The notes under the pieces were generated by a model, which did not search any database, was not told the origin of the DNA, and saw only the letters and a program-made list of their open reading frames with translations. A program made the translations under genes and the position numbers. Shown piece by piece: positions 21,171 through 30,066 of a stretch of DNA of 64,000 nucleotides; the first letter of the stretch is position 1; the number at the start of each line of letters is the position of its first letter. The stretch is from positions 160,001-224,000 of the forward strand of contig JBKAGE010000036.1 of the NCBI GenBank assembly GCA_046290225.1, read 5' to 3'. Source of the DNA: Bradymonadia bacterium. Lineage in GTDB: Bacteria > Myxococcota_A > Bradymonadia > UBA7976 > UBA1532.

Positions 21171-22352
21171 CCGAAACCTCGGCAGCCGTGAGCGTGATCG
21201 ACGATGGGCCAGCTTGTGCGTGGTCGGGGCGAGCAGGCCCAGGGTGGTGACCCACACCGCCAGGGTGCTCCACACACCAGGGCCTGCGAGCAGTGTCAGC
21301 GCCAGCGTGATGGGCCCGAGAAACACAGCGGCCTCCCAGGTGGACTCGTAAAACGGCAGCCTGGCGCAAGCGCCCGGACGATCATGGTGCACGTGAAAGC
21401 CACGGGCGAGCCAGGCCAGCCGACCAGAGTCCGGCGACACGCGCTGGTCGAGGAGCCAGTGGGCCAGACCGCTGACGAAGTCAGTGAGAAACATCGCCGG
21501 CAGCAGCAGCGCCAACAACACCCAGGGGCTCGGGGCCACCCACACCAGCGCTCTGATGGAGCCGGCCACGGTCAGATAGACGCCCACACACTTGATGCCT
21601 TCGACGACAGAGTCGCGATCCAGAGTGCTCCACCATGCCCGGAGAGGCTCGATGTTCGCTGCCCAGACACTCTGAGGTGCGGGTTTCGACAGACCAAATG
21701 TCCTGGTCTTCTCCCCTGACCGATAGGTGCCGAAGAGACGGTCCCACACGATGAAGATGCCACCGAAGTTCGCCGGCTCCGCAGGGGCGTGGTGACGCCG
21801 GTGAGCCTCAGGGTGGTTGAGCAAGGCACCGAGGACGCCGAAGTCACCGAGGCTGTTGCTGTGCAGCAGGAACATGGCGCCAGTGGAGGCCATCATGATC
21901 CCGAGGTAGACCTCGGCGGGGATCCCCATGAGCGCCAGGGGCAAGAAAAACGGAAAGGCACTCAGAGGGGCCAGGATCCCGGAACGAAAACCCACCGTCA
22001 GGTTGTATTCGGTGGGCTGATGATGGACCGCGTGCACGGCCCATAGCCCATGGTGCCGGTGAGCGAGGCGATGCTCCCAATAGTAGAGCAGGTCGTAGGC
22101 GATCAGACCCAGCACCCAAGTCGATGGGGCTTGGGCCGAGAGTGCCCAGGCGCCCCAACTCGACTGGACCATGTGGTAGAGCGCCGCCAGTGTGCCCTGA
22201 GTGGCCACGGCAGCCAGGCCTCTCGCCAAACCACAGGTGAGGTTGGTCTTCACATGGGACCAGGCATAGGCCGAGGTGCCCTGACAGCGATTTTGATGGG
22301 CTTCGGCGCAGATGATGGCGACGCCGAGGGGGCAAAGCAGCGTGAGAATCAT
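20976..22352 (-). CDS. Sterol-desaturase/AGMO-like domain fused to a truncated CarF/TMEM189-like domain
   Basis: YYWEHRLAH, HAVHH, HRRHH, NFGGIFIVWDRLFGT; then DFVSGLAHW, FHVHH, HKLAH; the tail after HKLAH looks out of frame. Confidence 0.75.
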   Translation of the reverse strand: MILTLLCPLGVAIICAEAHQNRCQGTSAYAWSHVKTNLTCGLARGLAAVATQGTLAALYHMVQSSWGAWALSAQAPSTWVLGLIAYDLLYYWEHRLAHRHHGLWAVHAVHHQPTEYNLTVGFRSGILAPLSAFPFFLPLALMGIPAEVYLGIMMASTGAMFLLHSNSLGDFGVLGALLNHPEAHRRHHAPAEPANFGGIFIVWDRLFGTYRSGEKTRTFGLSKPAPQSVWAANIEPLRAWWSTLDRDSVVEGIKCVGVYLTVAGSIRALVWVAPSPWVLLALLLPAMFLTDFVSGLAHWLLDQRVSPDSGRLAWLARGFHVHHDRPGACARLPFYESTWEAAVFLGPITLALTLLAGPGVWSTLAVWVTTLGLLAPTTHKLAHRRSRSRLPRFRWRPPLHWRRPILTPSDTSPLWPTLKVRPIAIYSSKRCPGPRKRCSRQTAQTPSWPLWPQAWASL

Positions 22353-22415
22353 GATGTCCCTCTCCTGAACCTTTGAACTCAGGATAGAGGGGCGCCACGA
22401 TGTTCTTCTATTGAG

Positions 22416-22432
22416 TAATCGTCGACCGATTA
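22416..22432. promoter_or_regulatory. Palindrome TAATCG-N5-CGATTA, candidate operator
   Basis: Dyad within an AT-rich patch about 65 bp upstream of the desaturase start. Confidence 0.4.
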
Positions 22433-22464
22433 ATCACTGCAGCTAATCAATTGAAAGTGGGGAC

Positions 22465-23160
22465 TCAGCGCTTCTTGATCCAGAGGGCACCCTCGTCGCC
22501 TGCATCGACCTCAATCCAGGTGCCGGCGGGGGTGGTCTTGCGCTGCCAGAACTTTGCGTGCAGGCGCTCCACCTGATTACGAATCACCGCCATGGACTCG
22601 TCCACGGCGACCTTGAGCGCCTCTTCGAGAGCCGTGTCGATGACCTCGCCCGCGATGGCGGAGCACACCCCACCCACATCGAGCTCTTTGCACAGCTGCT
22701 CAGTGACCTGACGGCGCATCTCCGGCCGCTGGGCGTCGATCTGGCGCATGACCCCGGCACGGTAGGCTTCGGTCTCCAGCGTGTAGAACTGGTCGCGCTC
22801 TACGTTCTCGATCTCGATGAAGTCGAGCACCCGCTTTTGCAGATCAGCGTCTGCCCCCACGGTGGTCTCGCCCTCCGGAGGCACAGCCACATAGCCCTGC
22901 ACGCTCTCGCCCACGACGCCGAGGCGCTTGAGGGCGATCTGCTCGTCTACCCGAGCGCGGATGGACTTCAGCACCGCTGTGCGCTCGGCACGCTGCTCCG
23001 GGGTGAGGCTGTAGCCGCTGTCGGCCTTGCCATCTGCTTGCAAGCCAGTGGCTGCAGGGGGATCGATCAGCTCGGGGGTCTCCTCCGCCTCCTCGGCAGG
23101 TGCAGAAGCACAACCGGCGGCGAGGCAGAGAGCGGCGAACAGGTGAGCGAAACGACGCAT
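22465..23160 (-). CDS. Lipoprotein, YdbL/DUF1318-like
   Basis: Lipobox LAAGC; GVVGESVQGYV, ENVERDQFY, GTWIE...WIKK. Confidence 0.7.
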   Translation of the reverse strand: MRRFAHLFAALCLAAGCASAPAEEAEETPELIDPPAATGLQADGKADSGYSLTPEQRAERTAVLKSIRARVDEQIALKRLGVVGESVQGYVAVPPEGETTVGADADLQKRVLDFIEIENVERDQFYTLETEAYRAGVMRQIDAQRPEMRRQVTEQLCKELDVGGVCSAIAGEVIDTALEEALKVAVDESMAVIRNQVERLHAKFWQRKTTPAGTWIEVDAGDEGALWIKKR

Positions 23161-23303
23161 GAGCAGACTCCGAAGGTGATGCGCCGTTGAGTAGCAACCT
23201 TCAGGCCAAACAGAAAGTCACCTCCACAGGCCAGATCTGGCCATGGTGCAGGTGTCGTGGGGCTCATGGACCCCACGGCAGGTGGCAGCTGCGGTGACCT
23301 CTC

Positions 23304-24818
23304 TCAGGGCTCTGGGGGGGGCTCTGGTTGCACGCACACCCTCACATTGCCGCCCTCGCCATTGTCCCGTGGCAGGCACACGCTGCCTGCAGGGCAATCC
23401 TCAGTGCTACAGCACGGCTCCACGCAGCGATCTTCGACGCACAGCCCGCTCTGGCAGGCCTGACCAGCGCCGGATACACACTCGCTGCCAAAGGGCAGCT
23501 CACCTCTGGGCAGTGGGGCGCAGGCTGTGGTGATGCTGCGGTTGTCTACTCCGCTGAGCACCTGATTGCACTGGTAGCCGTTCGGGCAATCCCGGGCGCT
23601 GCAGCACGGATCGGCGCACTGAGCGCGGTTGTCAGCGAAGATGCAGATGCCGCCGAGACAGTCGAGCTCAAGGAACTGGGAGCAGTCGTCACCGGTACGG
23701 CCAAAGCCAATGCCCAAGGGCACGTCGCACATCATGCGCTGGCCACCGTTGACGTTACGCCACGTGCAGATGCGCCCGCCACAGTCCACGTCGGTACAGC
23801 ACCCGCCCTGGCACTGATCGTCTCCCACATCGCACAGGCCGCTGCGGCACGAGTTCCCCGTGGGCCCGCAGGTCTGGCCCGCGTTGGACGTGAACTCCAC
23901 CCCCGGCGGGAAGATGCGGTCGGGGAGGCAGTACTTCACTCCATTCAGGTAGAGACACCCGAAGTTCGGCGGGCACTCGAAGCTGGCGCAGCACAGCTGG
24001 GCACAGACAGACTGCGGATCTCCAGCGACGGCCACCTGCAGGCACAGCCCGCTGTTGCACTCGTCATCGGTCTGGCAATCATCTCCGAGACTGCCCATAG
24101 GCGGCGGCCCGGGGGGATTGCAGTCTCCAGTGTTCTGGTCGCACATCCACCCGTCGGGGCACACGCCGCTCTGCCGGCAATCGTTTGGATCGGCTGGCAC
24201 ACACCGCCCGGTGTTTTGATCGCAGCGCTCATTGGCACCACACATCAACCCGTCACGGCAATCATCTGGGGCGGGAGGCACGCAGTCACCCGTGTTGGGG
24301 TTGCAGGTCCAACCTGCGGGGCATGGAGCACCCTCACGGCAATCTTCTGGGGGCACCTCGGCGTCGGGGGTCGTGGGGGCGATGCATCGACCGGTGACTG
24401 GACTGCACTCGAGGCCCTGGGCGCACCCTTCAGTGAGACAGCCCGGGCCGCACCGGCCAACGGCGCAAATGCTCGCTGGTGGATCACAGCCATCATCATC
24501 GACGCACTCTTCCACCGGTGGCAGGCACTGCCCGCTCTGGCACGTGAGGCCTGCCTCACAGTCGCGATCGGTCCGGCAATCGAAAATGCAGATGCGGCTC
24601 TCGGTGTCGCAGTAGAAGCCCGGATCACAGTCGCTGTTGATGCGGCACGGCGGCGGCGCTGCGTCGACCTGCGCATCTGCCGGGCGCCGCGGGGAGGCAT
24701 CACGGGCAGGCAACGGCTCGGTGCTCGACCCGCCATTGCTCACCTTGTCTTCGCAGGCGCCGAGGCACAGGGAGAGCCCGATGAGCGCACACATCAACCA
24801 TGGGGAAGAGGCAAACAT
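23304..24818 (-). CDS. Cys-rich repeat lipoprotein
   Basis: Lipobox LGAC; many C-x-C disulfide-type repeats (DDCR...C...C...TG.C). Confidence 0.8.
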   Translation of the reverse strand: MFASSPWLMCALIGLSLCLGACEDKVSNGGSSTEPLPARDASPRRPADAQVDAAPPPCRINSDCDPGFYCDTESRICIFDCRTDRDCEAGLTCQSGQCLPPVEECVDDDGCDPPASICAVGRCGPGCLTEGCAQGLECSPVTGRCIAPTTPDAEVPPEDCREGAPCPAGWTCNPNTGDCVPPAPDDCRDGLMCGANERCDQNTGRCVPADPNDCRQSGVCPDGWMCDQNTGDCNPPGPPPMGSLGDDCQTDDECNSGLCLQVAVAGDPQSVCAQLCCASFECPPNFGCLYLNGVKYCLPDRIFPPGVEFTSNAGQTCGPTGNSCRSGLCDVGDDQCQGGCCTDVDCGGRICTWRNVNGGQRMMCDVPLGIGFGRTGDDCSQFLELDCLGGICIFADNRAQCADPCCSARDCPNGYQCNQVLSGVDNRSITTACAPLPRGELPFGSECVSGAGQACQSGLCVEDRCVEPCCSTEDCPAGSVCLPRDNGEGGNVRVCVQPEPPPEP

Positions 24819-25093
24819 GTGCGGTAATGTGCCAGGGGGGCAGAGATGATGGCAATGCGAGATGGCGCGGTGGTGTACTGAGCAGGTGTGAAGCACAGCC
24901 TCACCCCCTGTGAAGTCCCGGCATCACTCGAGGGGCATCGAGGGCGGGCCTCTCGAGTCAACGCAGCACTCACCCCTGAACAACTCTCTTAGAGTTCGAG
25001 CACTTACAGCCGGCCACGCGGCATCTTCCGATTTTTGGCATCGTCTGTGCTCTCTCCTGCGAGCGAACCACGATTTCACTCAGGAGAATCTAC

Positions 25094-25807
25094 ATGCGCC
25101 GCTTCACCATCGCCGCCGCCGCTGCCGCCCTCACCCTCACCGGCTTCACCGTGACCGCTCAGGCTGAGGTGCCTCTGGCCACCTCCGCCAGCCTCTTCGG
25201 CGGCAGCTCAGGCTTCAGCGGAGACGTGCAGAGCCGCCGAAGGTATCGTAGGAGTCGCCGTCGGCCTCGGGTCACCCGTCGGGTAGAGGTCGTGCACAGC
25301 AACGCGCAGATCCCTGGCGCTGGCCTGATCTTCGGTCAGATCGGGACCGGCACCGTCGGTGGGGCCGAGACCTACGAGACGCCGGTCGCCCTCGGGGCGG
25401 GCTTCCGCTACGAGGCAGGCAACGCTGGGGTGGAGGTGGGCACCCGGGCGGTCTTCGCTGATGACATCTATGGCCAGAACAACCTCACCAGCACCAACCT
25501 GCGCCTGATCGGTCAGTACCACCTGAACGGGAACAGCATGGCCTCGCCCTACTTTGGCGCCGGCCTTGGCCTGACCCACACCTCGATGGAGCAGGATGGC
25601 CTGCACTATGAGGGCTCGGGCCTCTCTGCAGAATTCGCCGCGGGCCTGTCGTTCCTGCGCGACAGTCCTGTCCGTATGAATGTCGAGGCGGCAGCGTCGC
25701 TGCCCTTCCAACGCTTCAACCGCAACGGCTCGGCCTTTGCCACTGACGATCAGGTGTACGCCCCGACCTTCACGCTGAACGTGGGGCTGGGCTTCCAGGT
25801 GTTCTGA
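25094..25807 (+). CDS. Outer-membrane beta-barrel protein
   Basis: Signal peptide, amphipathic strands, SPYFGAGLG, C-terminal Phe; AGGAG RBS. Confidence 0.8.
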   Translation: MRRFTIAAAAAALTLTGFTVTAQAEVPLATSASLFGGSSGFSGDVQSRRRYRRSRRRPRVTRRVEVVHSNAQIPGAGLIFGQIGTGTVGGAETYETPVALGAGFRYEAGNAGVEVGTRAVFADDIYGQNNLTSTNLRLIGQYHLNGNSMASPYFGAGLGLTHTSMEQDGLHYEGSGLSAEFAAGLSFLRDSPVRMNVEAAASLPFQRFNRNGSAFATDDQVYAPTFTLNVGLGFQVF

Positions 25808-25876
25808 TGCTCTGCTCCGGCGCTGCGGCGGCGCCAGCCGCCGTGACGCCGGCGATTTCCCGCCCAGCTGCGACCT

Positions 25877-25983
25877 TTCCGTCCTCGACGCAGCACAGCT
25901 GCGCCTGCGGGTGAAAGCCCACATCTGAACGAGAACTCACCGACCTCACGACGACTGTCGCCACCTCCGCGCCTCCGCGGGGC
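25877..25983 (+). repeat. REP-like dispersed repeat, copy 1
   Basis: TTCC.TCCTCGACG-stem-CGCCTGCGGGTGAA...CCTCCGCGGGG; matches the reverse complement of 56114-56220. Confidence 0.7.
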
Positions 25984-26065
25984 TCGTGCATAGGTGGGCT
26001 GGGGCTTTGAGGGGTTGGGGACTGGGGGTTTGAGTTTTTGGGGATTGGACTGATTTTGAGCGCTG

Positions 26066-27229
26066 TCAGTCCAGGATCTCTTCGAGGAAGTCGCACAGAT
26101 CTTCGGCTCGGGCATCCCAGCCGTCAGGCTCCACCCGTGTGCGTCGGAGAGCGGCGGACTCGGGCGCAAGTTGCAGGGCCTCGGCGATGGCCTTTGCGAA
26201 GGCCTCGGCGCCGTCACCTGTGGGGACCAGATCGCCTACAGCGTTGACGATCTCCGGCATCGCTGTGGTGGCCACAGGGCGGCCGGTGGCCATGAACTCT
26301 CGGAGCTTGAGAGGGTTGATGGTGTCGGTCTGCTCGTTGCGTACATAGGGGATGATCAAGGCATCGGCGCTGGCGAGCCAGCGGGGCACCTCGTTGTAGG
26401 GCACCCCGGGCATGACGTGCACGTTGGGCAACGCGTCGAGGGTGTTCTCGGGGGCAGTCCTTGGGCCCACGAAGACGAAGTGCCATTCGGGGTGGGCCTG
26501 GGCCACGGCGGTGAGCATGGCGGCATCTACTCGGGAGTCGTACAGGCCCAGGCTCATCACCCTCGGGTGGGGCACGGCGGCCATGGGGGCAGGTGCCTCA
26601 CCGCCGGCGGCGAACATGTCGACGTCGACGCCGTGGGGCAGGCTCAGCGTGGGCATCCCCGGACGGGCGCGATCTTCGATCAGCTTTGCTGCGGTGCCCA
26701 CAAGAGCGTCGCAGCGCTCGATCAGATGGCGCTCGAGGGCCTTGATTGCCGTCGCCTCGTAGCCAGGCCACGTCTCGAAGTCGTCTACGCAGTAGTAGAT
26801 GAAGCTCGACTCTTCCAATCGTCCCACCAGGCCCGCCACCGTAGGCACCGTGGTGATCACGATCGGGCGGTGCATGCCCATGGCCTTCGCCTTGCGCACG
26901 ATCAATCGGCTGAGCACCTCGTCATTGATGCGGGCCCCTACAGGGTGACCATAGAACGGGTGCATCGGGGGCGAGAACCGCGTGAGACCTTCGGGCTCTG
27001 GGGCCCACGAAGGGGCGTTGTTCGTCGGGCCGCCGGGGCGCACCCAGCCACGGACCTTCTCCACGGTGCGCTCGATGTCGTAGCGCGTGATCCGCGGACG
27101 CCTCAGGCCGATGGTCTCCACCCACAACACCCGGTTGTGGGGGGCGATCCGCCGGAAGAGATGCTGGCTCGATGAAGGATGTCGACCCCAGTCGTCGCTG
27201 AAGACCACAAAATCCCGACCTCGGATCAT
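26066..27229 (-). CDS. Glycosyltransferase (GT-B, GT4/TuaH-like)
   Basis: YYCVDDF, HGVD, NPLKLREFMATGRPV; ATGA overlap with pbpC. Confidence 0.9.
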   Translation of the reverse strand: MIRGRDFVVFSDDWGRHPSSSQHLFRRIAPHNRVLWVETIGLRRPRITRYDIERTVEKVRGWVRPGGPTNNAPSWAPEPEGLTRFSPPMHPFYGHPVGARINDEVLSRLIVRKAKAMGMHRPIVITTVPTVAGLVGRLEESSFIYYCVDDFETWPGYEATAIKALERHLIERCDALVGTAAKLIEDRARPGMPTLSLPHGVDVDMFAAGGEAPAPMAAVPHPRVMSLGLYDSRVDAAMLTAVAQAHPEWHFVFVGPRTAPENTLDALPNVHVMPGVPYNEVPRWLASADALIIPYVRNEQTDTINPLKLREFMATGRPVATTAMPEIVNAVGDLVPTGDGAEAFAKAIAEALQLAPESAALRRTRVEPDGWDARAEDLCDFLEEILD

Positions 27230-29523
27230 CGCTCGCTCTCCACGCTGTGCTCGGAGGGGGAAGATAGGGCATCGCGGGGCGAGGCGGTAGCTTCCGGCAT
27301 CGGGTAGACGCTGAAGGCCACAGTTGGAGACGTTGCCACTGTGCGGCCATGGTCGTCGAGGGTGGCCACGGCGAGCCGGTGGCGCCCCCGCTCAGGGGAC
27401 CACCACAGCTGATGGTCAGGCTCGGACGTCTCGCCGATGATCTGCTCGTCGAGCAACCACCTCACGGTGACACCCTGGGGCGCTCTGGCCCGCAACAACA
27501 TCTGGCTGTGGGCCTCGCTCACGTCGGGATCCAGGGCAAAGGCGTCGTTGCGTTGAGGCCACTGCACGCTCAGCTCTGGTGCTGTCGATTTGGGCGCGGG
27601 CGACGCGGGCTGCTCGATGTCTTCGTCATCGGCGATGCACCACTCGGAGATGGTGTGCTCACAGTGTGTCAGATCTGCAGAATCTGTGTTGGGGCGGGGC
27701 CGAGCACACAGCGTACATGGTGTCAGGCCCTCTCGGCTGAACGCCCGTGGGGCCTGACCTCGTGTCAGCGTGTCCATGACGGCCCGCCAAAGCGGCGCCG
27801 CGCCGATGCCTCCGCTCACCTGTTTCATCGGCGCGCCGTCGAAGTTGCCCACCCACACACCTACGGTGAACCGATCGGTGAAGCCCACGGTCCAGGCGTC
27901 CGAGAAGTCGGCGCTGGTGCCGGTCTTTGCCGCAGCGGGGTATGGCGTCTCGAGGGGCCCGCTCCGACCGAAAGCGGGGGCCCGGGCCACAGGATCAGAG
28001 AGCATGTCGGTGATCAGGTGGGCCACATGGGCAGGCATGATCTGTGTGTGCTGGCTCGGTGCCTCACCCTGCCGCCACCGGGGTGGGCTGTAGCGTCCTC
28101 CGTTGGCCAGGGTGCGGTAGGCGTTGGCCAGATCGAGCAACCGGACCTCGGCGTTGCCCAGGGCGAGGCCCAGGCCATACTGCCCGGCGTGCTGATCGAG
28201 CCCAGTGAAGCCCAGCCGCCGTAGACGCTGGAGCAACGCCGGCACACCCACCTGCTCGGTCACCCACACTGCAGGCACGTTGTAACTACAGGCGAGGGCC
28301 TGTCGCGGGTAGACCCAGCCATGGAACGTACGATCATAGTTTCGAGGGCTCCACCGCCCTGTGGGTGTGGAGAAGTACACAGGCAAGTCGGGCAGCGGGG
28401 TATGCGGTGGGCCCTTCTCCATGGCGAGGCCATAGACGAAGGGCTTGAGGGTGCTCCCGGGCTGACGTCTGCGGATCACCATGTCAACCTGGCCCTCTCG
28501 CGGATCGAAGAAGTCGGCGCTGCCCACCCACGCGAGCAGCTCGCCCGTTGCGGTGTCGAGGACCACCGCCGCCCCCTGGCTGACCCCACGAGCGCTCAGA
28601 GCGTTCACCTGCTCCGATACAATGCGCTCCACCTGCCTCTGAACATCGAGGTCGAGGGTGGTGGGCACCACGCCAGGGGCCGGGCTCTGGCTCAGGGCCC
28701 AGGTGGTGAAGTGCGGTGCCGTGAGGTTCCGCCGCCCAGGGGCGAGGGTGATGGGCTCCGAGAGGGCCTCGCGCCATGTGGCCTCGTCGATGAACTCCAA
28801 GGTCAGCATGCGATCGAGGATCACGCGCTGGCGCTTGCGCGATCTGGCTTGATGGCTCAAAGGGTTGTTCAGGCTCGGTGCCCGGGGGATTCCCGCGAGC
28901 AGGGCCGCCTCGGCGAGGCTGAGGGCTGCAGAGGATTTGTCGAGGTAGAAACGGCTCGCTGCCTCGATGCCGAAAGTGCCGTGGCCGAAGGGCACGCGGT
29001 TGACGTACTCCGTGAGCACCCCCTGCTTGCCGATGGCCTGCTCCAGCCGCACCGCCAGCAAGGCCTCGTCGAGCTTGCCTCTGAGGCTTCGGGGCGCCCG
29101 TCGCATGTGCTTGACCACCTGTTGGGTGAGCGTGCTGCCTCCAGCCACGACCTCGCCGGCCTGCAGATTCTGAATCGCAGCACGGGCTACGCCTCGCCAG
29201 TCCACCCCGCTGTGATCGAAGAAGCGATGATCTTCGATGGCGATGAAGGCCAGCGGCACCCATGGGCTCACCGACTCGATCGAGCGCCAGTGGCCACGAC
29301 CCTCCATGGGGCCCAGCGCCTCTCTCAGCGGGCGCCCATGACGATCGAGCAGTCTCCAGCTCTCGGTGTCCCGACGGCTCAGATGCTCTTCGGGGAACGG
29401 CGCGCTCCACGCGACGAGGTAGAACACCAGCAACGCCAAAGCAGGGAGCAGAATGACCAGCCCCAAGGCCCCGAGGAGCCAGCGCCGGCGTCGGCTCCAC
29501 CAGGGACCTCGCCTCCCTGGCAC
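27226..29523 (-). CDS. pbpC: Penicillin-binding protein 1C
   Basis: EDHRF, GGSTLTQQ, STLK, SYN, KTG motifs; C-terminal Ig-like domain; near alpha-2-macroglobulin. GTG 29523 chosen to avoid overlap with yceI (track start 29619). Confidence 0.9.
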   Translation of the reverse strand: MPGRRGPWWSRRRRWLLGALGLVILLPALALLVFYLVAWSAPFPEEHLSRRDTESWRLLDRHGRPLREALGPMEGRGHWRSIESVSPWVPLAFIAIEDHRFFDHSGVDWRGVARAAIQNLQAGEVVAGGSTLTQQVVKHMRRAPRSLRGKLDEALLAVRLEQAIGKQGVLTEYVNRVPFGHGTFGIEAASRFYLDKSSAALSLAEAALLAGIPRAPSLNNPLSHQARSRKRQRVILDRMLTLEFIDEATWREALSEPITLAPGRRNLTAPHFTTWALSQSPAPGVVPTTLDLDVQRQVERIVSEQVNALSARGVSQGAAVVLDTATGELLAWVGSADFFDPREGQVDMVIRRRQPGSTLKPFVYGLAMEKGPPHTPLPDLPVYFSTPTGRWSPRNYDRTFHGWVYPRQALACSYNVPAVWVTEQVGVPALLQRLRRLGFTGLDQHAGQYGLGLALGNAEVRLLDLANAYRTLANGGRYSPPRWRQGEAPSQHTQIMPAHVAHLITDMLSDPVARAPAFGRSGPLETPYPAAAKTGTSADFSDAWTVGFTDRFTVGVWVGNFDGAPMKQVSGGIGAAPLWRAVMDTLTRGQAPRAFSREGLTPCTLCARPRPNTDSADLTHCEHTISEWCIADDEDIEQPASPAPKSTAPELSVQWPQRNDAFALDPDVSEAHSQMLLRARAPQGVTVRWLLDEQIIGETSEPDHQLWWSPERGRHRLAVATLDDHGRTVATSPTVAFSVYPMPEATASPRDALSSPSEHSVESER

Positions 29524-29544
29524 CGGAGCGCTACCCTGTGGGCC

Positions 29545-30060
29545 ATGATCTGCACCACCCGCAACGCCAGCATTCGCCTGCTCACCTTCCGCGAAGGTCT
29601 GCTCTCCCGTCTGGGTCACGATCTACAGCTCACACTCGAAGAGTTCTCCCTCACGATCGATCCGGAGACGGGAGAAGTCCAGGGGCGCTTCTTCCCCGCG
29701 AGGCTCGTGGTGGACGGCTCGGTGGAGCGCGGTGTGGTACGGCCTGATGGTCTCAAGGCCAGAGACAAGGCCCAGATCGCCCGAAACGTGCAGCGAGACG
29801 TGCTCCACGTCACCCGGTACCCCCACATCACATTCGAAGGTGCGCTGAGCGACGATGGCGCTTGGGTGAAGGGTGCGCTCACGATGGTGGGCCAGAGTCA
29901 CCCCATCGAGGTGCCCTTCGAGCGCCGCGGTGGCCGTCTGCAGGGCGAGGTGAGCCTCACCCCCTCGCGTTGGGGGATCCCACCCTACACCGCCCTCCTC
30001 GGCGGCATCCGCCTCCAAGATCGCGTAATCCTGCGGTTTGACTTGCCTGATCCCGGGTGA
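29545..30060 (+). CDS. YceI-family protein
   Basis: 3' part of track ORF 28321-30060: TFREGLLSRLGHDL, VLHVTRYPHITF, KGALTMVG, WGIPPYTALLGGIRLQDRV. Confidence 0.85.
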   Translation: MICTTRNASIRLLTFREGLLSRLGHDLQLTLEEFSLTIDPETGEVQGRFFPARLVVDGSVERGVVRPDGLKARDKAQIARNVQRDVLHVTRYPHITFEGALSDDGAWVKGALTMVGQSHPIEVPFERRGGRLQGEVSLTPSRWGIPPYTALLGGIRLQDRVILRFDLPDPG

Positions 30061-30066
30061 CGACGC

